The translations under genes and the position numbers were made by a program. From Candidatus Methylomirabilis oxygeniifera (GTDB taxonomy: Bacteria > Methylomirabilota > Methylomirabilia > Methylomirabilales > Methylomirabilaceae), in NCBI GenBank assembly GCA_000091165.1, contig FP565575.1:2490001-2522000 (forward strand): a DNA stretch of 32,000 bases. The letters are read 5' to 3'. The notes under the pieces were generated by a model. It did no database searches. It worked only from the letters and a program-made list of their open reading frames with translations, and had not been told where the DNA came from. Shown here piece after piece: positions 15,913 through 24,596 of the stretch. Each line of letters opens with the position of its first letter. Positions within the stretch are counted from its first letter, which is position 1.

Positions 15913-17148
15913 CTATTCAGTAACCGTAAACAGCGCCATCATGCCCGCAGTGATGTGGTCGTTGACGTGGCAGTGATACAGCCAGGTGCCAGGATTGTCC
16001 GGCACCATGTCCATCGTCTTCATGCTTCCAGCCAGCAGCTCCACCATGTCCATGCGCATTCCCATCAGCAGCGCAGTCTGACCGTGCCAGTGCGGCGTAT
16101 GCAGGTCAACCTCGGTCCCGATGCTAAGCAGGTACCAGCGCACGCGTTCGCCCTGCTTCATGGTCAATCCAGGCAGGTTGCCATAGACGTAGCCGTTGAC
16201 CGCATGCATGAGGTTACTTTCCCGAAAATCCTCATCCTCCAGTCGCTTCTTTAGCACCCGGCGCGGCTTGCTAGTGAATCGTTCAACGTTCTGCTCTAAA
16301 TAATGGCTGACGTTTTCATCAAAAACAGTGAAGAGCGTGACGAACTCCCGGTCTACGTCCTTGGGAGAACCATCCGGGTTCGCGGCCCCTTTCCGCGTGA
16401 CAATAAGCGGCCCGACCAGGCCGGTATTCGTGTCTTTCGGCTCGTCGGGGTGGGAGTGATACATCCAGAGGACGGTACTGCCATCCATGGGACCGGGACC
16501 GGATCGCTCCCGAACCTCCCAGGTATAGGTATGGGTTCCGCCGGGGGGAACGGCATCATCAGCCACATCAGAACCGGACGTGCCGTCATTATATGGGGCA
16601 CCCTCCGAGTCCTTCCTGTAGAACACGCCGTGCGGGTGCATACTGGCGGGGAAGCCGGTCATGTTCTTAAACGTAACCTGAATGACATCCCCGACTTCTC
16701 CCCGGATAGCGGGACCCAGGATGCCTAAATGTTGCCATTTCGGATCGATAGGCTTGAGCGTCGTAAAGGTGCCATCCGTAAACTCGCGGTAGGCGGCTTT
16801 CTGGTACACTTTACCGATCCGCTCTTTGCCGCTTTGCACGAACACATTTTCGGTCTCGCCGAACGCGGCACCGCTGATCTGGTTGATGCCGGTCGGGGCG
16901 TAGTCCCAGTCCAGATCGATGGCGCCGATAAAGTACGTGCGGGTCTGCTGAGCTAAGGCGGATGTACACCCCATCAGCATCGTGAGGACGGGAACGACCA
17001 GCAGCAGAAGAAGACTCCATTCCCGGTTCCGGTCTGATCGGCGTACAACAAAAGATCGTCGTAAGTCGTGCATCATGTTCCTCCTGATCTTATGAGCGGT
17101 TGAGGCGGTGAAGCTGCGGCGCGCCACGACTCCCGCCAGCGTGTTCAT
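15913..17148 (-). CDS. multicopper oxidase
   Basis: Copper-ligand motifs HPHGVFY, WMYHSHPDEP, HTPHWHGQT, TWLYHCHVNDHITAGMMALFTV. Confidence 0.9.
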   Translation of the reverse strand: MNTLAGVVARRSFTASTAHKIRRNMMHDLRRSFVVRRSDRNREWSLLLLLVVPVLTMLMGCTSALAQQTRTYFIGAIDLDWDYAPTGINQISGAAFGETENVFVQSGKERIGKVYQKAAYREFTDGTFTTLKPIDPKWQHLGILGPAIRGEVGDVIQVTFKNMTGFPASMHPHGVFYRKDSEGAPYNDGTSGSDVADDAVPPGGTHTYTWEVRERSGPGPMDGSTVLWMYHSHPDEPKDTNTGLVGPLIVTRKGAANPDGSPKDVDREFVTLFTVFDENVSHYLEQNVERFTSKPRRVLKKRLEDEDFRESNLMHAVNGYVYGNLPGLTMKQGERVRWYLLSIGTEVDLHTPHWHGQTALLMGMRMDMVELLAGSMKTMDMVPDNPGTWLYHCHVNDHITAGMMALFTVTE

Positions 17149-17309
17149 GATCTCTTCGTGCTGTACAACAGTTCATTGGAGAACGTCTTTACGTAGAAGG
17201 AACGACACTAGACTTCCTCCGGAGAGGTTGTTAAAATAACAACGCCGGGAAGGCCAGAAGCGCAAAAGGCCCATCGGGTCACTTGACGCAATGGCCCTCC
17301 GAGGCAGTG

Positions 17310-17360
17310 GGCGGCTCCACCGCGCCGGCCGGCAAGCAGGGAGCGGTGGGGTCGCCTTTT
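17310..17360 (+). terminator. strong hairpin followed by TTTT on the plus strand
   Basis: GGCGGCTCCACCGC ... GCGGTGGGGTCGCC TTTTCTTTC. Confidence 0.5.
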
Positions 17361-17400
17361 CTTTCTTAGCGTTCAGTCTTCAGCGATCAGTCGTCTCAAT

Positions 17401-18615
17401 TCACTGTGCGACTCCATTGATATCAAAACAGACCACGTGCGTTGGGTTGGCCTTGACGACGACCAGAGTCCCCGGCTCAATAATCCTCGTTGAATCCTGA
17501 CTGCTATGGATCTTCTGACCGGACGGCAGTCGCACGCAGTAGAGGTTGTCGGCGCCACGGAACTGTCTGGTCAGGACGATCGCCTTACCCGCCTGATCGG
17601 GGATCAGGTCAATATCGTCGGGTCGGATCATCACCTCCACCGCCTGTCCTCCCGAGAGTCCTCGCTGATTCGGCAATATACCCAACTCCGTAGTGATTCT
17701 CTCACCTTGGATGAGGCCGGGGATGAAATCGGCAGAGCCGACGAACCGGGCGACAAAACGGCTGGCCGGAGTGTGGTAGATCGCCTCAGGATGGTCAAGC
17801 TGCTCCAGGTGACCGTGGTTTAATACCCCGACCTGATCGGCGATGACAAACGCCTCCTCCTGATCATGCGTCACGAAGATCGCCGTCGTCCCAGCCTGGC
17901 GGAGAATCGAACGGACATCTTCCCGCATCTGCGCCCGCATGTCGGCGTCCAGGTTGCTGAACGGCTCATCCAACAACACGACCTGCGGGCTCGGGGCCAA
18001 CGCGCGGGCCAGTGCAACCCGTTGCTGTTGCCCACCGGAAAGCTCGTGGGGATATCGCCCCTCAAGCTTCGAGAGCCCAACGAGGTCGAGCGCCTCCGCA
18101 ATCCGGTCGCGTTGCTGTTCCCCACTCCACTGGCGCAGGCCGAACGCAACGTTCTCGAGGACCGTGAGGTGCGGGAAGAGTGCATAGCTTTGGAACACCA
18201 TTCCTACACCCCGCTGCTCCGGCGGCAGAAAGACAGTGTCGTGGGCGACCATTCGGCCGCCGATCTCGATCCGGCCGCTATCTGGAGCCTCGAACCCGGC
18301 GATCAGGCGGAGGGTTGTTGTCTTTCCACAACCGCTCGGCCCGAGCAAAGCCAGAATCTCTCCTTTCTCGACAGCAAAAGAGACCTCCTCGACCGCCATG
18401 ACCGATCCGCCTCCATAGCGTTTACTGACCTGCTCGATCCGGATCACCGTAGGGCGCGGCGATGAGATCTGTGCAGCCTTGACCCTCTTGGAATGGCTGA
18501 TCTGTTCCAACTGAATGACCTTCGTTCCTGCCACCGTCATGCCTCCTGCCCTCATATTTACTTCGTCAGTCATCACACGCATCCGCTCAATCGAGCTGTG
18601 ACAAGGTGGCATCAC
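17401..18615 (-). CDS. ABC transporter ATP-binding protein, Fe(III)-type (FbpC/PotA-like)
   Basis: LLGPSGCGKTTTLRLIAG, LSGGQQQRVALARAL, VVLLDEPFSNLD, IFVTHDQEEA, C-terminal TOBE-like region. Confidence 0.9.
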   Translation of the reverse strand: MMPPCHSSIERMRVMTDEVNMRAGGMTVAGTKVIQLEQISHSKRVKAAQISSPRPTVIRIEQVSKRYGGGSVMAVEEVSFAVEKGEILALLGPSGCGKTTTLRLIAGFEAPDSGRIEIGGRMVAHDTVFLPPEQRGVGMVFQSYALFPHLTVLENVAFGLRQWSGEQQRDRIAEALDLVGLSKLEGRYPHELSGGQQQRVALARALAPSPQVVLLDEPFSNLDADMRAQMREDVRSILRQAGTTAIFVTHDQEEAFVIADQVGVLNHGHLEQLDHPEAIYHTPASRFVARFVGSADFIPGLIQGERITTELGILPNQRGLSGGQAVEVMIRPDDIDLIPDQAGKAIVLTRQFRGADNLYCVRLPSGQKIHSSQDSTRIIEPGTLVVVKANPTHVVCFDINGVAQ

Positions 18616-20224
18616 GTCTGGTGATCAGGAAGAGGGGAACCGCGGTGATGGCGATAAGAATCAGCGAGGTTGCCGCGGCACCGGCGTAATCGACCTCAAT
18701 AGAGGCGATCCATATCCTGACCGGCAAGGTATCGAAACCGGCCGGACGTAGGAGGAGCGTGGCCGCCAACTCCTTCATCGACGAGATGAATACGAGCATC
18801 CATCCCGCTGCAATCCCTGGTCGAATAAGCGGGAAGGTCACCTCCCGAAGTGCCTGCCAATCGGATCGGCCGAGGCTGCGGGCTGCCTCCTCCAGACTCG
18901 AATCGACCTGCACCAGCGCGGCGGTATTACCCTGAACCGCCTGCGGCAGAAACCGCAAGAGGTAGCCGAGAATCACCATAGCGGCGGTCCCGTAGACCCA
19001 GGGCAGGTAGGCATTGTACAGGAGGATCAGACTTAACCCAAGGACTGTACCGGGGATTGCATATCCGAGCTGGGTGGCGGACGTAAGCAGTAGTCCGGCC
19101 GGTCCCGGCCGGCGCAGGGCAAGGTAGGCGACAAAGAGCCCAAGCCCTGATGCAACAGTCGCCGCCACGGTCGCCGTCCAGAGGCTGTTCCACAGAAAAC
19201 GGTGGCCGGCAATGAGCGCATATAGGAGGCTCATCGGCGAGCCGGTTTGGTAGAACAGCAGCGTAACCGGCAGAAATACCGAGGCACCAAGGACGATGTA
19301 GGTGCAGCAGAGGGCCGGGAGCTTCCATCGCCCAAGCGGGTAGATGGTGGGTGGCCTGACACCGCTTCGCCTCTGGACAAAGCTGCGGCGGCCCAGACTT
19401 CCCCGTTGGGCCATTAAGACTATGGCCGTGATGAGGATCAGCATCGTAGAAAGGACGGCGGCGTTTCGCTGGTCGAAACGGGTATTGAGCTGATGAAAGA
19501 TCTCGGTCGTAAAGGTGTTCACTCGCAGCAATGAGACGGCGCCAAAATCTGAAAGCGCGTATAGGAAGACCAGCAAGGCGCCGGCCAGAAGGCTGGGGCG
19601 CAGCAGGGGGAGCGTCACCCGCCGGAAGGCGTCGATCGGCCCAAGACCTACAGCCCTGGCCGCCTCTTCAAGAGCCGGGTCGGAGCCCTTCAAGGCGCTA
19701 CCAGCCATGAGCAAGATGTAGGGATAGGTGAACAGGCCAAGCACGAAGACGCCGCCCCACAGGCCGTAGATATTGACGATCGGTCCGCTGCCGCCTACGG
19801 CCTGATACGCCGTGTTGGCCCAGCCGACCGGGCCGAGCAGCGTAATGTACGTGAAGGCGCCAATATATGGGGGAATCGCCAGCGGCAGTACGGCCACCGC
19901 CAGGAGGATACGCCGCCCTGGAAGGTCCGTGCGGGTGAGGATCCAGGCCGGCGGTAGCCCGAGGATCATGGCCCACAACGTGGCGAGAGCGGCAAGCAGC
20001 ATGGTTCGTCCGATCAGCAAAAGGATGGAGCTGTCGGCCAGAATCGAAAAGGCTTTTATCCCCCCGGCAAAGACTGAGATCAAGAGAGCGGCGAGGGGGG
20101 AGGCCGTCAGCAGGATGATCAGTACTGTACCGGCAACGGCTGCAGGCCCGGGACCCATTGCCCGGGACCCCCATAGCGTCCTTAGCCCCCCCAGTTCTGC
20201 GCGTTGTGCGTCGCTACCTACCAT
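18587..20224 (-). CDS. ABC transporter permease, two-module Fe(III)-type (FbpB-like)
   Basis: ~12 hydrophobic segments with two EAA loops (LEEAARAVGLGPIDAFRRVTLPLLRPSLLAG and LEEAARSLGRSDWQALREVTFPLIRPGIAAG). Confidence 0.9.
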   Translation of the reverse strand: MVGSDAQRAELGGLRTLWGSRAMGPGPAAVAGTVLIILLTASPLAALLISVFAGGIKAFSILADSSILLLIGRTMLLAALATLWAMILGLPPAWILTRTDLPGRRILLAVAVLPLAIPPYIGAFTYITLLGPVGWANTAYQAVGGSGPIVNIYGLWGGVFVLGLFTYPYILLMAGSALKGSDPALEEAARAVGLGPIDAFRRVTLPLLRPSLLAGALLVFLYALSDFGAVSLLRVNTFTTEIFHQLNTRFDQRNAAVLSTMLILITAIVLMAQRGSLGRRSFVQRRSGVRPPTIYPLGRWKLPALCCTYIVLGASVFLPVTLLFYQTGSPMSLLYALIAGHRFLWNSLWTATVAATVASGLGLFVAYLALRRPGPAGLLLTSATQLGYAIPGTVLGLSLILLYNAYLPWVYGTAAMVILGYLLRFLPQAVQGNTAALVQVDSSLEEAARSLGRSDWQALREVTFPLIRPGIAAGWMLVFISSMKELAATLLLRPAGFDTLPVRIWIASIEVDYAGAAATSLILIAITAVPLFLITRRDATLSQLD

Positions 20225-20266
20225 GTGCTTCGTGCTCTGCCGTACCTTTCGGTGCTCGATCGGCTT

Positions 20267-21292
20267 TTACAGACCGGGGAAGAGGGTGATCGTCCGATCC
20301 TCCAGGTCCGCCAGGCGCTCTTGTTTAATCTGCAATGTCTTGAATCCCGAGAGAGGTCTGACCAGGCCGGGATCTATTCCGGGCAGGAGCGGGATCTCGA
20401 AGGCGTGTTTCACCAGGAGCTCCTGTGCCGGCTTACTGAGGAGGAAATCCACAAAACGTTTGGCCTGGTTAAGGTTTTTTGAACCCTTGACGATGGCCAC
20501 AGCGTTCGGATTGACGAGAACGCCCATCCCTCGCGGCCCCTGATCCGGATAAATGACCCCAACCGGCAGGTTGGCCTCAAGCGCCAAATGATAGTTGGGC
20601 GAGTTGGTCAATCCCACAGCAAACTCCCCGCTCCCTACGCCACGCCAGACATCGGAGTTGTCCGGCAACACCTTCAGGCCGTTCTCCATAAGCTTATCGA
20701 TGTAGGTCTTGGCCTTCGCCTCGCTCATCACCTGGACCAGGGCGCTCAGCCAGGAAAGAGTTGTCCGCTCGCGCGTCCCGGCTATGGCGATCTTCCCCTT
20801 CCACTTCGCGTCGGTCAGGTCCAATACGGAGTTCGGAATGTCGCCGCCCTTGACCAGATCCGTATTGTAAATGATGACCCTGGCGCGGCCGGAGATGCCG
20901 GTCCACAGCCCGCGGGAACTCTTGTGCTCGGCCGGTATCGCACGAGCACCGGGAGAGACGTACGGCTCCAGGAGCCCTTCTCGCACAAGAATCTCGCAGA
21001 TGCCCGCCTCGGTGGCGATAAGGATATCGGCTCTCGGCCGCTGCCGCTCCTGGAGGATCTCGTTCGCAAGGCCGGATGTCTTCCCGACCTTCAACGCTAC
21101 CTTGATGCCGGTCTCGCGCTCAAAGAGATCTACGACCGGCTTGATGGCGCTCTCCTTGCGGCCGGAGTAGATGACCAACTCGGAGGCTGATGCGGACGCG
21201 TCTACACACACAAATAACAAGGTGGCAAGCACAAACGCCCAACAGGACAGGACTCGCAGGTACCCATACATCAGCCTTCTGAAAGTTATCAT
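20267..21292 (-). CDS. Fe(III)-type periplasmic substrate-binding protein (FbpA-like)
   Basis: Signal peptide; ELVIYSGRKESAIKPVVDLFERETGIKVALKVGKTSGLANEILQE... and C-terminal KPAQELLVKHAFEIPLLPGI. Confidence 0.88.
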   Translation of the reverse strand: MITFRRLMYGYLRVLSCWAFVLATLLFVCVDASASASELVIYSGRKESAIKPVVDLFERETGIKVALKVGKTSGLANEILQERQRPRADILIATEAGICEILVREGLLEPYVSPGARAIPAEHKSSRGLWTGISGRARVIIYNTDLVKGGDIPNSVLDLTDAKWKGKIAIAGTRERTTLSWLSALVQVMSEAKAKTYIDKLMENGLKVLPDNSDVWRGVGSGEFAVGLTNSPNYHLALEANLPVGVIYPDQGPRGMGVLVNPNAVAIVKGSKNLNQAKRFVDFLLSKPAQELLVKHAFEIPLLPGIDPGLVRPLSGFKTLQIKQERLADLEDRTITLFPGL

Positions 21293-21353
21293 TACACCTC
21301 AACTCCCTCACAAAGCGTTTGAAAATATAAGCGGCCTTCTCGCGTAGAATCGC

Positions 21354-22022
21354 TCACTGGAATCGGGCCATCGCGATGGCTTCCAGACTCTCTTCCTTGT
21401 GCATCCGCTCATCATGCCCGATTTGGCGAAACATGTCCGCCATGCTCTCAAAGGAGGCGTAGTCCTCCTCAAAGAGGCTTTTGAAAGGCTCAAGTTCGAG
21501 TTGGGGATTTTCCGCGACGAATTCCATATATTCGTGCTCCGCATGGTCCTCAAATTGAGCGTTCAACAGATACCCCCACGACGGCTTGACGACGTACAGA
21601 AACCAGCAGGTATGGTAATAGAGAAAGGCGATCACCTGAGGCAAGACGCGATAGAGGAAAAAACTTTCCTTGATTCCGCGGGCGTGGGTAAGTTCCTCCA
21701 GGATAAGCAGGTGCCACATCTCGTTGTCTTGCGCCTCGCGAGCTTCCTTGACCCGGTCGAAGACCCGGCGGGAAAACTCACGATCTGCATACATGTGAGT
21801 AATGGCAACGTAGGCGACGTTCTCCCAGGACTGATACGGGACGCGGGCGATAAGTTCCAGCACCTTGAATTTGCTGAGTGTCTTTCGGCGACCGTACACA
21901 AGGTCCATCGTCATGAAGAGCAGACGGGCCAAGATGCCGTATCTTGTCCTCGGAGAGCCGAGTGTGACTTGCTGCGCGTGGTAGCGTTGTTCGACGGTAA
22001 GTTTCTGCAGTTTCGAACCCAT
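21354..22022 (-). CDS. alternative-oxidase-like diiron membrane protein
   Basis: Diiron motifs DNEMWHLLILEELTHARG, NAQFEDHAEHEYMEF, IGHDERMHKEESLE with hydrophobic VLPQVIAFLYYHTCWFLYVV. Start MGSKLQ (22022) preferred over 22169. Confidence 0.75.
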   Translation of the reverse strand: MGSKLQKLTVEQRYHAQQVTLGSPRTRYGILARLLFMTMDLVYGRRKTLSKFKVLELIARVPYQSWENVAYVAITHMYADREFSRRVFDRVKEAREAQDNEMWHLLILEELTHARGIKESFFLYRVLPQVIAFLYYHTCWFLYVVKPSWGYLLNAQFEDHAEHEYMEFVAENPQLELEPFKSLFEEDYASFESMADMFRQIGHDERMHKEESLEAIAMARFQ

Positions 22023-22190
22023 GTGACAACCTCCACCAGACAGATCCTGAACTGTACCCATCCAAGAACCGGGTGTGCGGTGCGTGGGGGCAGCGGTCAT
22101 TCCACCTCTCGGTTGCGGATCTGCGGGCACAGCATGACAAAGACATTCATTTTCAATTATATCGGACACTAGTACGGCTCTTCGTGGGCC

Positions 22191-22661
22191 TTAGCCGGCC
22201 CCTATCGCATGAACTCCGGGTCCTCTGCCGGCGCCGGCACTGCAGTCCCGGCAGAGGCCGTACAGCTCCAATTTGTGGTACTGAATGTGGAACCCGAGCC
22301 TGCGAACGACCTGTTCCTGGAGCGCCTCGATCTCAACGCTCGCAAACTCGGTAATCTTGCCGCACTCGGTGCAGATGATGTGATCGTGGTGGCGCTCGCT
22401 GGAGGCATGTTCGAACAGGGCGCGTCCGTCTCCGAATTGCCGCTCATGGGCAAGCCCGGCATCCTTCAGGAGTTTCAGCGTCCGATAGACGGTAACGAGA
22501 CCGATCCGCTGGTGCCGACTCCCCACCCGGCGGTAGAGGCCTTCGGCGCTGACGTGGGTCGTGGTGGCGAAGAAAGCCCGCGCGATCAACTCGCGCTGGC
22601 GAGTCGCCTTCAGCCCGGCTCGATGGAGGTATTGTTGAAACTGGAACAGTTTATCCTGCAT
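22191..22661 (-). CDS. fur: Fur-family transcriptional regulator
   Basis: GLKATRQRELIARAF, HVSAEGLYRRV, IGLVTVYRTLKLLKDAGLA, HHDHIICTECGKITEF, HKLELYGLCRDC. Confidence 0.9.
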   Translation of the reverse strand: MQDKLFQFQQYLHRAGLKATRQRELIARAFFATTTHVSAEGLYRRVGSRHQRIGLVTVYRTLKLLKDAGLAHERQFGDGRALFEHASSERHHDHIICTECGKITEFASVEIEALQEQVVRRLGFHIQYHKLELYGLCRDCSAGAGRGPGVHAIGAG

Positions 22662-22668
22662 AGTCGAA

Positions 22669-22687
22669 GATAATGAAAACGATTGTC
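22669..22687. promoter_or_regulatory. Fur-box-like site upstream of fur
   Basis: GATAATGAAAACGATTGTC matches GATAATGATAATCATTATC at 15 of 19 positions by hand count. Confidence 0.55.
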
Positions 22688-22794
22688 AGTATCGGTAAAC
22701 GAACACAGATTACCCACCGGTCGAGACTCTGTCAAGAAAAAAATGAACTTGCTGGAAGTATACGGCAGCAGGTGGGGGGAATGTGCGGACGGCG

Positions 22795-23574
22795 TTACGC
22801 TTTAGCGACGTATTCAACCCGTTGCGCCGCGCGGCTGAATCCGATGCGCAAGTAGACACGCTCTGCCTCTGCTGTGGCAACCTCGAGCGTGACGAGTGCG
22901 GCACCTTCTTGTCTGGCAATCCGTGCTGCGTGCGCTGTAAGCAGCCCCGCGAGGCCGCGCCCGCGAAACTCGGGAGCGGTTGCCATTCCGGTAATATGTC
23001 CTACGCCGACGGTTGTATGAAGATGTACCGAGGCGGCAAGTTGTCCCGCGACCCAGAGGCCGATTTGGCGCATGCCTGCCGCATGCATGCGCGCAACCAG
23101 CCGGGCACGCAATGTTGGCTCCTGCCACGCCGAGTCGCCAGGGCCGAAGCTGACGCCCAGAATGCGCTCTGCGTCCCGCATATCCTCAGGCCCCGTCTCG
23201 CCAAGGCGCACGTCTGCCGGTATCGGCAGGTCGACCGCCTCGCGTTGAAACATCACGTGCTTGCTGGACTCGAGCGCGCAACCTGCCGCCTGCAATGCTT
23301 CGGCCAGCCCCTTAGGCGCCATCTCAAGCGTAAAATTAAAGTACGGGCCATGGCCCCGCGCACGGTAGTGTACCATGACCTCCTCGATGCGCTCGCGCCC
23401 TGGCATTGCGCTCCACGGTACGACGTCGGCATAGTTGTAGGCGGATACGGGAATCTCGTCATTTATGAACAGGACGAACGGGCGCATAATGGCTGCCAGG
23501 CAACCCATCGCGTGGTTACGCTCGACAAGGTAGGTTTCGTAAGACTCCAGGGCATTGCAAAGTGGTGCGTCCAA
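22795..23574 (-). CDS. GNAT-family N-acetyltransferase
   Basis: C-terminal VGHITGMATAPEFRGRGLAGLLTAHAARIARQEGAALVTLEVATAEAERVYLRIGF. Confidence 0.85.
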   Translation of the reverse strand: MDAPLCNALESYETYLVERNHAMGCLAAIMRPFVLFINDEIPVSAYNYADVVPWSAMPGRERIEEVMVHYRARGHGPYFNFTLEMAPKGLAEALQAAGCALESSKHVMFQREAVDLPIPADVRLGETGPEDMRDAERILGVSFGPGDSAWQEPTLRARLVARMHAAGMRQIGLWVAGQLAASVHLHTTVGVGHITGMATAPEFRGRGLAGLLTAHAARIARQEGAALVTLEVATAEAERVYLRIGFSRAAQRVEYVAKA

Positions 23575-23681
23575 GAAACACCTTATCGGATATGCCTGTC
23601 AACCGCGCAGATGGACTGAAAAAGGTCTTGAATGACTCGAATCGCGCCTTGCGTGATGATTGATATACTTCAGCCTTCAGC

Positions 23682-24494
23682 CTAAACGCCTTGTTGTTGC
23701 CAGTGTTCCTCAAGGAACGACAGGGTAAGGCGGTTAAACTCCTCGGCGTGGGTGAGGATCACTGCGTGTCCGCCGTCACGGATCACAGCCAGTTTGGCGC
23801 CAGGGATCTGCTCGTAAAGAGTCCTGGCAAAGCGCATCGGGGTCAGGAGATCGTCATCGCCGGCCACGATCAGAGTCGGCGCAGTTATCCGGCTCAAGCG
23901 ATCTTCAGTGAAGTGGCTAAGCGCGGCCTCAACCTGGCGAATATAGACGTCGGCCGGGACGAAGTACGGGTCCTCCAGAAATCGGGCAATGGCCAAGTCC
24001 ACGAATCCCGGGATGAGATAGTCCTGGTACGTGAATACCCATGGACTGGTGGCCCGCGCATACTCCTCGCGGCTGAAACGACCCCGCATCAGCGCGAACG
24101 AGCTCAATACGTCGGCCCCGCGTCGGTCGGATGAGGTGTAGGTCGAGACGAGGACCAGTCGCTGGACCCTGGCGGGATGGGCGATTGCCAACTCCTGGGC
24201 AACCGCCCCGCCCATGGACAGGCCGACGATGTGGGCCTTATCAATGGCGAGTGCGTCCATCAGGCGAACGGCATCATCGGCCATGGTCTTAATCGTATAG
24301 GAATTCGGCGAGCGATTGCTTTGACCGGCGTCGCGGTTATCGAACGCCAGGCACCGGAAGTGCCGGGTGAACAGCGGCATCTGCAGCCCCCAGATCCGAT
24401 GGTCAATGCCGAGCCCGTGGATCCAGACGACCGGCTCGCCGCAGCCATCTTCCTCGTAGAACAGCTCGATCTGGCCGACTCGGACCTTTGGCAT
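23682..24494 (-). CDS. alpha/beta hydrolase
   Basis: GEPVVWIHGLGIDHRIW, HIVGLSMGGAVAQELAIAHP, PTLIVAGDDDLLTP, VIRDGGHAVILTHAEEFN. Confidence 0.9.
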   Translation of the reverse strand: MPKVRVGQIELFYEEDGCGEPVVWIHGLGIDHRIWGLQMPLFTRHFRCLAFDNRDAGQSNRSPNSYTIKTMADDAVRLMDALAIDKAHIVGLSMGGAVAQELAIAHPARVQRLVLVSTYTSSDRRGADVLSSFALMRGRFSREEYARATSPWVFTYQDYLIPGFVDLAIARFLEDPYFVPADVYIRQVEAALSHFTEDRLSRITAPTLIVAGDDDLLTPMRFARTLYEQIPGAKLAVIRDGGHAVILTHAEEFNRLTLSFLEEHWQQQGV

Positions 24495-24596
24495 AGAGGC
24501 GATTGTAAGCGCGCAGGTGAAAGCTGTCAATCAATCCACGCGTGCGCACGCGCATCGCGACTGCTTGACACCCCTTCTCCTCTCGGCTAAGGTCAA

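Noticed and set aside
17261-17305. Possible c-di-GMP (GEMM-like) riboswitch because of GACGCAA..GCC..CTCCG
   Set aside because: Lacks the conserved GCAAACC and tetraloop-receptor elements in the right places; kept only as an unclassified structured region.
22783-23619. 278-aa plus-strand ORF
   Set aside because: Antisense to the GNAT gene, whose acetyl-CoA motif is convincing.
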